Source: Eledone cirrhosa
Lineage: Eukaryota
NCBI GenBank assembly: GCA_964016885.1
Contig: CAXHJY010000937.1
Span: 1 to 22,671, forward strand
Direction of reading: 5' to 3'
DNA length: 22,671 bases
The notes under the pieces were generated by a model. It was given only the letters and a program-made list of their open reading frames with translations, ran no database searches and had not been told where the DNA came from. A program made the position numbers and the translations under genes. Positions within the stretch are counted from its first letter, which is position 1; every line of letters begins with the position of its first letter. This document shows positions 11,511-22,671 of the stretch, one piece after another.

Positions 11511-11922
11511 ATGGTGGCTGCCAACTCGTTTTCGAGTACGGCCACTACTTTATATCCATGTAGGAGAACCCCTACCGATGCGCTGAACGAGTGTGACTTG
11601 AAATCTCTGGTACAAACACTACACTTGTGACAATTACTGACACATAGTGCTGGGCCCATGGACAAGTGCAGAGAGATCTCCAGATATAAAGCAATGCCTG
11701 TGCCGTGAAGCTTTTATCGTGAGCAAAGGCACTGCACAAAGCCAGTCCCACTCTCTTAACCAAGATGATATTTACCAAAAAGAAGAACAAGTCAACATCA
11801 TTGGATACCATCAGGGTTGCAGGTGTTATATCAGAGTTTTCCTTCTCCTAGAATTCTGCCTTGACAAAGGCTAAGGGGTCATCTCTCCCAGTGATTTTGG
11901 ATGGGCATTGACTCTTAAGAGC
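11511..11922 (-). mobile_element. RTE-like non-autonomous retroelement, copy 2 (shorter at the 5' end), flanked on both sides by (ACAT)n
   Basis: Aligns to 5509-5952 with 20-bp and 12-bp deletions and scattered substitutions. Confidence 0.75.
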
Positions 11923-11935
11923 ATACATACATACA

Positions 11936-11969
<34 letters not shown>

Positions 11970-11971
<2 letters not shown>

Positions 11972-12023
11972 TTACTCATTTACCTGTTCCAGCCATCCGG
12001 CTGAGGCCATGCTGGGGCACCCC

Positions 12024-12028
<5 letters not shown>
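11970..12028 (-). mobile_element. 3'-terminal fragment of a second SINE/LINE family
   Basis: Minus strand GGTGCCCCAGCATGGCC...TGGCTGGAACAGGTAAA resembles a retroposon tail I recall from octopus sequence; only one copy in this window. Confidence 0.4.
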
Positions 12029-12338
<310 letters not shown>

Positions 12339-12555
12339 GATTAGAGCAAACATCACGAGCGCTCTATCTCAAAATTATTTTTGAAAAGCATTAGAAATGC
12401 CCAACCGGTAAAAACTTAAAACTAAAACTGAATACTAACCAATACTTATTACTAATTTATACTTATTCCTAATTAAACTATTTTTCACTGGGAAAAATTT
12501 GTCAGCATTTTCTTTTCCTTTTTACTAATATATATATATAGATATATATATATAC

Positions 12556-12590
<35 letters not shown>

Positions 12591-12668
12591 TGTATGTATG
12601 TATGTATGTATGTATGTATGTATGTATGTATGTATGTATGTATGTATGTATGTATGTATGTATGTATG

Positions 12669-12746
<78 letters not shown>

Positions 12747-12803
12747 TATATGTATGTATGTATATAAATATATGGAGAGAGAGAGAGAATCTTTAGAAAT
12801 TAA

Positions 12804-12980
12804 TTCTACACGACTAAAACTGCTTCATTCGTATGAAAACATCAGACGTTCCTGGTGATTTCATACGATCATCTAGATGGAACAGTTCTAGTCCTGTAGA
12901 AGTCATTTCAATATAAAATACAAATACTTACCAACGTATTGAGTACCTTTTTAAACTGTGGTCACCTCCTGGCCACCTTA
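12804..12980. mobile_element. Family B Penelope-like repeat, inverted-arm copy
   Basis: TTCTACACGACTAAAACTGCTTCATTCGTATGAAAACATCAG is the inverse of CTGGTGATTTCATACGA...GAACAGTTCTAGTCCTGTAGAA. Confidence 0.7.
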
Positions 12981-13074
12981 GGTAATCTATCTATGCCCGT
13001 TCCCTTGCCACTTCAATTTTGGTTTACCTCCTTGATTGTAACCTTATGTAAGATGCTGTCTGAAGAGATCATAG

Positions 13075-13408
13075 CAGTGGTACTACGCCGAATAGTGTGG
13101 CCACTGTCATCATCTAAAATTTAGATGATGACAGTGGTCCACATAGCATTTCTAGTGGTCCACAGAGAATTCGTAGCCATAAAAAAATTGTAGCCATTTC
13201 ACAAAAATGTAACTAATATAATAGTTTGTTTAATTACACACATGTCCATTATATTTGAAAATTTCGAGTTCACAGCTCTGATACTATGGGCATGTGGTTA
13301 GAATGTCTCTAGCAGTTCTATTACAAAAGATTTTAAAGTTTAGGTGGTCCACAGGAAAAAATTACTTATTTTGGTGGTCCACAGCGAAAAAAAGGTTGAG
13401 AACCCCTG
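13075..13408. mobile_element. hAT-type MITE with subterminal GGTCCACA repeats and an internal palindrome
   Basis: Right TIR AAGGTTGAGAACCCCTG, degenerate left end CAGTGGTACTAC, and four TGGTCCACA motifs. No clean 8-bp TSD. Confidence 0.65.
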
Positions 13409-13487
13409 ATCTAAATATCTATAAAACTTATCAATGAAGGACTTTAGCATCTAAACTTTGTATTTCCTTATTATATATATATATTAT

Positions 13488-13560
13488 GTGCATTTTTTCT
13501 TCAAACTTCTATTTTGTACCTAATTCCGTGTAGTTAACTATTTGTCTAATCAAATTCTAC
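13488..13560 (+). mobile_element. Fragment of Penelope-like family C (related to about 17155-17215)
   Basis: TTTTGTACCTAATTCCGTGTAGTTAACT matches TTTTACACCTAATTCTGTTTAGTTGACT downstream of the 17.1-kb hammerhead. Confidence 0.55.
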
Positions 13561-13756
13561 AGGCTAGAAGAAATAATTAGATAAGTGTCATATGGCTGTA
13601 CATCGCGGAAAATAATCTGTATCATGTGTCTATTATTTCTTCATAAGTACATTTTAAACTTATAACCTCGTTTAAATGATTCTTTATGTGGTTAATTTAT
13701 ACTGACTGGGAGAGGAAATACTGTATATGTTTTCTCTAATGATTCTTTGGACTTAC

Positions 13757-13822
<66 letters not shown>

Positions 13823-13827
13823 AAGAT

Positions 13828-14020
13828 TTAATATAGAATAGGCTTCGACAGGACTCGAACTGATTCATTCGTATCAAATCATAATGTACTCCTGATGATT
13901 TCATACGAAACAGTTCTACTCCTGTAGATGCCTTTTCCATATTAAGCCTACGTTGTTCTCATTCTACTTATGTATTGAGTACCTTATTTATTGTGGTTAC
14001 CTCCCATTCTACACGGGATC
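13828..14020. mobile_element. Family B Penelope-like repeat with inverted arms (13828-13882 / 13895-13945) and hammerhead core remnant
   Basis: CTGATGA 13892-13898, GAAA 13907-13910, CAG...CTG-TA. Helix II is shortened by deletion. Confidence 0.7.
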
Positions 14021-14112
<92 letters not shown>

Positions 14113-14113
14113 A

Positions 14114-14278
14114 AATATAGAAATGGCTTTTACGGGAGGGACCAGAACTGTTTCATTCGAACTCTTCTAGTCCCGTAAAAGCCATTTCTACATTAAATTT
14201 GATGTTTGCATTCTACTAATGTATTGAGTACTTTATTTATTGTGGTTACCCCCGATTGAACCTGGGACTTATATTCGT
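14114..14278. mobile_element. Family B repeat with perfect 20-bp inverted arms and deleted centre
   Basis: TAGAAATGGCTTTTACGGGA (14118-14137) / TCCCGTAAAAGCCATTTCTA (14171-14190). Confidence 0.75.
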
Positions 14279-14280
14279 AT

Positions 14281-14348
<68 letters not shown>

Positions 14349-14532
14349 ACATACACTTGAACATTTTTAAGCATGCAATAGCTTTACAAATATTCATATA
14401 CACATAATATATACACAACATATCTGCATATAAACATTTAAAGTAGTGCAGCTATATGCAGTGTGCTATCTGCATATATACATAACAACCCTATCTTACT
14501 ATGCCAGGCAGATCTTGCAGTCTCTGTTAGTG

Positions 14533-16765
<2,233 letters not shown>

Positions 16766-16822
16766 TTATTAACTCTTCATTGAGTCACAAAGTGACCCGT
16801 TGCAAAACACACACACACACAC

Positions 16823-16866
<44 letters not shown>

Positions 16867-16869
16867 CTT

Positions 16870-17345
16870 TATATGTAATAATCTCCCTTAGGTTGAGATA
16901 CAATTTTGGCTGAATTGTGCTGCGCTTTCTAGCAAAAGGCCACCAGCCGTAAGCAACTAATCACATTCTTTCTAACCTGACCGCTGCTACGTCACGATTC
17001 TTAGCCATTATTGAATGTATTCTTGGCGCGATCACTTTGGAAAATTTATTGTCTAAATTTGAACTAACTTCCTGAAGAGTCCGGTGCTCTAGATGTCCGA
17101 TGCTATCGGACATCTTAAAATGCGGACGAAACCATGGTAGAGGTAACTAAATATGTTCACTTTTCTCCTAGTTTATTTTACACCTAATTCTGTTTAGTTG
17201 ACTGTATATCTGAGCGATTCATACACGCTGTCGAAATACTCGATAAATACTCCGTCGCAACCGACGCGAAGGGCTGCTTTCGGTTATTTGTCGGAGATTT
17301 CTTCATAGAAGCCTTTATTCTTATAGCTTGGTCTAATTGATTTTT
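16870..17345 (+). mobile_element. Penelope-like terminal-repeat region (family C); boundaries approximate
   Basis: Contains an intact hammerhead and shares sequence with 13488-13560; bounded on the left by (TA)n. Confidence 0.55.
17067..17144 (+). ncRNA. Type I hammerhead ribozyme with extended helix II
   Basis: ACTTC-CTGAAGA(17072-78)-GTCCG...CGGAC-GAAA(17128-31)-CCATGG-TA-GAGGT. GUA triplet, palindromic helix III ACCATGGT, and an 11-bp distal hairpin AGATGTCCGAT/ATCGGACATCT. Confidence 0.88.
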
Positions 17346-17419
17346 TTATATGGTTAATTATGCTAATTGGGAGAGGAAATGGTATATATTTTATCTGGTG
17401 ATTCTATAGACATGTTTTA

Positions 17420-17484
<65 letters not shown>

Positions 17485-17601
17485 TATATAGCTATATATA
17501 TTTATATATATATACATATATAGCTATATATATTTATATATATATAGAGAGAGAGAGCTATAATAATATAGGAGGCACAAAAACAAAGAAAAGAATCCCC
17601 A

Positions 17602-17644
17602 GTCACTGAAGAGGTCACAGAATGTGTGACGAAAGAATTTTGAC
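17602..17644 (+). ncRNA. Minimal hammerhead-like motif (possibly decayed)
   Basis: GTCA-CTGAAGA-G-GTCACA GAATG TGTGAC-GAAA-GAAT-TT-TGAC. Helix I is 4 bp, helix II is 6 bp with one extra G, and helix III is almost absent. Confidence 0.55.
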
Positions 17645-17851
17645 AATATATAAACAACCATCTGGTTGTGGAACCAACCAACCAACCGGAAATTTATAAA
17701 TTCCTAAATTTATAAATTTATTATAATAAATTGAAGTGAAAGCACTGGTGCGTGTGTTTCTTATTGGCAACATGACCCTCCCAAAGTATAACAATATCGG
17801 TTTCAACACACGTTTTCAGATAAAGAATCTTGCTAAACAAATTCAGAAACG

Positions 17852-17899
<48 letters not shown>

Positions 17900-18171
17900 A
17901 CACAGCTACAGAGCGGCCTAAAATGAAATTCTGACACTAGTATATAGTATATATACGACAAAAATATAACAACAGCTCTTGGGAAATCAGAGACGTATTG
18001 AATCGATTTCTCTGTTGACTTTGCGTAGAATCTCTCAATTATTGGTACTTCCATAGATTGGATGTGCCAGAAATCACGAAGGCTTCATCGCAATCGACAC
18101 TTAATCACTAAAACACTAATACACGAAATTACTATAACAATAAACTGTTTTTGACTAAATTACTTTTCTCT

Positions 18172-18803
18172 GGTTTGTTGTTGTTGGTGGTGGTGTTGGT
18201 GGTGCTGTTGTTGTTGTTGGTGGTCGTGTTGGTGGTGGTGTTGTTGTTGTTGTTGTTGTTGGTGGTGGTGGTGTTGGTGTTGTTGTTGTTGGTGGTGGTG
18301 GTGTTGGTGGTGTTCTTGTTGTTGGTGGTGGTGTTGGTGTTGTTGCTGTTATTGTTGTTGTTGTTTCTGGGGGCAGGGAAGATAGGAAGGGGAGAGGGGC
18401 TTGTTTTTTGTAATTTTGGTAATTTCAAACGATTTTCTTTTGGGCTTTGTTTTTGTATTTTTATTCTTTTTTTTTTTTTTTTTTTTTTTTTTTTGCAGAG
18501 AGAATGAAGATCGAAGATTAAGGTTGGAGAGTTGAGAAGATGATGACTGGTGATAAGTAGTAGTAGTAGTAGTGATGGTGGTGGTGGTGGTGGTGGTGGT
18601 GGTAGTGGTGGTAGTAGTGGTGGTGGTGGTGGTGGTGGTGGTGGTGGTGGTGGTGGTGGTAGTAGTGGTGGTGGTGGTGGTGGTGGTGGTGGTGGTGGTG
18701 GTGGTGGTAGTGGTAGTAGTGGTGGTGGGGGTGGGGGTGGTGGGGGTGGTGGTGGTGGTGGTGGTGGTGGTGGTGGTGGTGGTGGTGGTAGTAGTGGTGG
18801 TGA

Positions 18804-18846
<43 letters not shown>

Positions 18847-18967
18847 GGTGGTGGTGGTGGTAGTAGTGGTAGTAGTGGTGGTGGTGGTGGTGGTGGTGGT
18901 GGTAGTAGTAGGAGTGGTGGTGATGGTGGTGGTGGTGGTGGTGGTGGTGGTGGTGGTGGTGGTGGTG

Positions 18968-19008
<41 letters not shown>

Positions 19009-19127
19009 GGTGGTGGTGGTAGTAGTAGTAGTAGTAGTGGTGGTGGTGGTGGTGGTGGTAGTAGTGGTAGTAGTGGTGGTGGTGGTGGTGGTAGTAGTGG
19101 TAGTAGTGGTGGTGGTGGTGGTGGTGG

Positions 19128-19158
<31 letters not shown>

Positions 19159-19234
19159 GGTAGTAGTAGTAGTGGTGGTGATGGTGGTGGTGGTGGTGGT
19201 GCTGGTAGTAGTAGTAGTAGTAGTGGTGGTGGTG

Positions 19235-19275
<41 letters not shown>

Positions 19276-19288
19276 GGTGGTGGTGGTG

Positions 19289-19321
<33 letters not shown>

Positions 19322-19333
19322 TTGGTGGCGTTG

Positions 19334-19395
<62 letters not shown>

Positions 19396-19456
19396 GGTAG
19401 TAGTGGTGGTGGTGGTGGTGGTAGTGGTGGTAATAGTAGTAGTGGTAGAATTAGTA

Positions 19457-19509
<53 letters not shown>

Positions 19510-19579
19510 TGTAGTAGTAGTAGTAGTGGTAGTGGTGGTAGTAGTGGTAGTAGTAGTAGTAGTGGTAGTAGTAATAGTG

Positions 19580-19622
<43 letters not shown>

Positions 19623-19677
19623 TAGCAGCAATAGTAGTAGTAGTACTAGGAGTGGTAGTAGTAGTGGTGGTAGTAGT
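18172..19677. repeat. (GTT/GGT)n tract 18172-18365 and 1.1-kb (GGT/AGT)n tract 18550-19677, separated by a unique island with a poly-T run
   Basis: Direct reading. Confidence 0.95.
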
Positions 19678-19703
19678 TTCAAACATAGACACAAGGCCAG
19701 CAA
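19676..19703 (-). mobile_element. SINE 3'-end remnant whose tail runs into the (ACT/ACC)n tract
   Basis: GTTTCAAACATAGACACAAGGCCAGCAAT matches the reversed SINE end GTTTCTACTTTAGGCACAAGGCCAGCAAT. Confidence 0.6.
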
Positions 19704-19984
19704 TATGTGAGTGTCAGGGTATTCCAACCCCCATGGATCTGCCCCAAGTGATGGTCCCATTTAGGGAGGTCCCATTTACTCCTGACTCCCTACTGTTTGC
19801 TTTACCCCCCCCCCTATTTCCACCCTTCCTCCTCCTGCTGTCGTACTCCCCCCTAGATCTTGGCTCTCCGCTCCTTCTCCTCTGCCTCCCCCTCCCCTAC
19901 ATGATAATCCAACGATGTCACACAGTGTCACTATACTTTCTGTTGGTGCCGCAGAAACATTAGCTGCCCATGTGCCTCCTGGGA

Positions 19985-20330
19985 TGTAGCGACACCTGCA
20001 TTGTCTGACATGTAGCGACATCTGTCTGACATGTAGCGACACCTGCATTGTCTGACATGTAGCGACATCTGCATTGCCTGACATGTAGCGACATATGTCT
20101 GACATGTAGCGACACCTGCATTGTCTGACATGTAGCGACACCTGCATTGCCTGACATGTAGCGACATATGTCTGACATGTAGCGACACCTGCATTGTCTG
20201 ACATGTAGCGACATCTGTCTGACATGTAGCGACACCTGCATTGTCTGACATGTAGCGACATCTGTCTGACATGTAGCGACACCTGCATTGTCTGACATGT
20301 AGCGACATCTGTCTGACATGTAGCGACACC
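19985..20330. repeat. Two-monomer minisatellite: eight 26-bp and six 21-bp units plus a partial unit
   Basis: A=TGTAGCGACACCTGCATTGTCTGACA, B=TGTAGCGACATCTGTCTGACA; order A B A A' B' A A' B' A B A B A B. Confidence 0.95.
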
Positions 20331-20350
20331 AACGTCACTTATGCATCCTG

Positions 20351-22005
20351 TAATTCCTTGAACAACATAGCTACTCGGCCTCCTGTCACCTTAAGTTCCT
20401 GCTCCATAGGTGACAGAGCTAATTCCTTGTACAACATAGCTACTCGGCCTCCTGTCACCTTAAGTTCCTGCTCCATAGGTGACAGAGCTAATTCCTTGAA
20501 CAACATAGCTACTCGGCCCCCTGTCACCTTAAGTTCCTGCTCCATAGGTGACAGAGCTAATTCCTTGTACAACATAGCTACTCGGCCTCCTGTCACCTTA
20601 AGTTCCTGCTCCACAGGTGACAGAGCTAATTCCTTGTACAACATAGCTACTCGGCCTCCTGTCACCTTAAGTTCCTGCTCCATAGGTGACAGAGCTAATT
20701 CCTTGTACAACATAGCTACTCGGCCTCCTGTCACCTTAAGTTCCTGCTCCACAGGTGACAGAGCTAATTCCTTGTACAACATAGCTACTCGGCCTCCTGT
20801 CACCTTAAGTTCCTGCTCCATAGGTGACAGAGCTAATTCCTTGAACAACATAGCTACTCGGCCTCCTGTCACCTTAAGTTCCTGCTCCATAGGTGACAGA
20901 GCTAATTCCTTGTACAACATAGCTACTCGGCCTCCTGTCACCTTAAGTTCCTGCTCCATAGGTGACAGAGCTAATTCCTTGTACAACATAGCTACTCGGC
21001 CTCCTGTCACCTTAAGTTCCTGCTCCATAGGTGACAGAGCTAATTCCTTGTACAACATAGCTACTCGGCCTCCTGTCACCTTAAGTTCCTGCTCCATAGG
21101 TGACAGAGCTAATTCCTTGTACAACATAGCTACTCGGCCTCCTGTCACCTTAAGTTCCTGCTCCATAGGTGACAGAGCTAATTCCTTGTACAACATAGCT
21201 ACTCGGCCCCCTGTCACCTTAAGTTCCTGCTCCACAGGTGACAGAGCTAATTCCTTGTACAACATAGCTACTCGGCCCCCTGTCACCTTAAGTTCCTGCT
21301 CCACAGGTGACAGAGCTAATTCCTTGTACAACATAGCTACTCGGCCTCCTGTCACCTTAAGTTCCTGCTCCATAGGTGACAGAGCTAATTCCTTGTACAA
21401 CATAGCTACTCGGCCTCCTGTCACCTTAAGTTCCTGCTCCATAGGTGACAGAGCTAATTCCTTGTACAACATAGCTACTCGGCCCCCTGTCACCTTAAGT
21501 TCCTGCTCCATAGGTGACAGAGCTAATTCCTTGTACAACATAGCTACTCGGCCCCCTGTCACCTTAAGTCCCTGCTCCACAGGTGACAGAGCTAATTCCT
21601 TGTACAACATAGCTACTCGGCCCCCTGTCACCTTAAGTTCCTGCTCCATAGGTGACAGAGCTAATTCCTTGTACAACATAGCTACTCGGCCTCCTGTCAC
21701 CTTAAGTTCCTGCTCCATAGGTGACAGAGCTAATTCCTTGTACAACATAGCTACTCGGCCCCCTGTCACCTTAAGTTCCTGCTCCACAGGTGACAGAGCT
21801 AATTCCTTGTACAACATAGCTACTCGGCCTCCTGTCACCTTAAGTTCCTGCTCCATAGGTGACAGAGCTAATTCCTTGTACAACATAGCTACTCGGCCCC
21901 CTGTCACCTTAAGTTCCTGCTCCATAGGTGACAGAGCTAATTCCTTGTACAACATAGCTACTCGGCCCCCTGTCACCTTAAGTTCCTGCTCCACAGGTGA
22001 CAGAG
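20351..22005. repeat. 69-bp minisatellite, 24 near-identical copies, stop-free in one frame on each strand
   Basis: Unit TAATTCCTTGTACAACATAGCTACTCGGCCTCCTGTCACCTTAAGTTCCTGCTCCATAGGTGACAGAGC; four variable positions and no indels. Confidence 0.98.
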
Positions 22006-22153
22006 GAAGCTGGAGCTGTCCTAATCTTATGTTGAGACCAACTCTAGTGAAGCTGGGAAAGAATCTCCAACCATTGTGTATACTTAAAGGGATGTTTTAT
22101 GTACAGGTGGACATAGAAAGTTCAAATGTTAACGGAATGAGCACTCAATACCT
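21997..22153 (+). CDS. Candidate internal exon (phase 1 to 2) of an unidentified gene: DRGSWSCPNLMLRPTLVKLGKNLQPLCILKGMFYVQVDIESSNVNGMSTQY
   Basis: TTCCTGCTCCACAG|G acceptor in the last repeat unit and CCT|GTAAGT donor at 22154; 157 bp open in only one of three frames. An alternative acceptor TTTTATGTACAG|G lies at 22106/22107. Confidence 0.4.
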
Positions 22154-22174
22154 GTAAGTAGAGTGTAAGTTTTA

Positions 22175-22234
22175 TTTTCTGAAGAAAAAAGTGCTAGTGA
22201 CTTCGAAGTCAGTGCCACCATTTTCTTCAGAAAA
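22175..22234. other. 60-nt symmetric hairpin
   Basis: TTTTCTGAAGAAAA / TTTTCTTCAGAAAA (14 bp perfect), 9-nt partly pairing spacers, and a central perfect palindrome TGACTTCGAAGTCA. Confidence 0.8.
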
Positions 22235-22252
22235 CACAGACAGATACACACA

Positions 22253-22314
<62 letters not shown>

Positions 22315-22671
22315 TAAGACAATCAGACGAATACACACAAACATACATACACATATACAGACACACGTACACACAGAAACAGACACTCAGACACATACAC
22401 TTACAGACACAAAGACAGATAGTCACACAGACAGAAAACCACACACACACACACACTCACACACGCAGACAATCATACACACACACACAGACAGACAATC
22501 ATATACACACACAGACAGACAAACATACGTACACAGACAACACACACAAACAGACAGACAGACAGACAGATACATACACATACAGACACACACACACGGA
22601 CAGACTGACACTGAGAGAAGGGGGGGGTAGAGAAAGAGACAGAGAGACAGATAGAGAGGTAGGTAGAGAGG
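22235..22671. repeat. Degenerate (CA)n/(CAGA)n then (GA)n microsatellite
   Basis: Direct reading. Confidence 0.9.

Noticed and set aside
19985-22005. CRISPR-like repeat-spacer appearance of the two arrays
   Set aside because: There are no unique spacers and no cas genes, and the context is eukaryotic.
22020-22165. Minus-strand exon starting at CTCTACTTACAG
   Set aside because: All three frames stop within 10 codons; the same bases read better as a + strand GTAAGT donor.

Overview
Eukaryotic, AT-rich, microsatellite-saturated genomic DNA. The SINE and Penelope-type repeat motifs resemble those I recall from octopod cephalopods; this is inference, not a database result. Nearly all tracked ORFs are simple-repeat artefacts, and no recognisable protein-coding gene is present. 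The window holds several tRNA-type SINE copies (one nested with a TSD, one amplified as a 108-bp tandem), two copies of an RTE-like non-autonomous retroelement, hAT and mariner-type MITEs, and a small solo-LTR-like element. It also has relics of at least three Penelope-like families carrying type I hammerhead ribozymes, two with intact cores (17067-17144 + and 4924-5016 -). Four minisatellites are present, with 108-bp, ~21-bp, 26/21-bp and 69-bp units. The most striking structure is a 24 x 69-bp array (20351-22005). Each unit contains a hairpin-enclosed 3' splice-site-like YAG|GT, the array is stop-free in one frame on each strand, and it runs in frame into a unique candidate exon ending at a GTAAGT donor. 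Several other + strand exon-like islands exist, including a candidate terminal exon encoding a YxxI-x6-YxxI motif, but they do not join into a gene I can identify.
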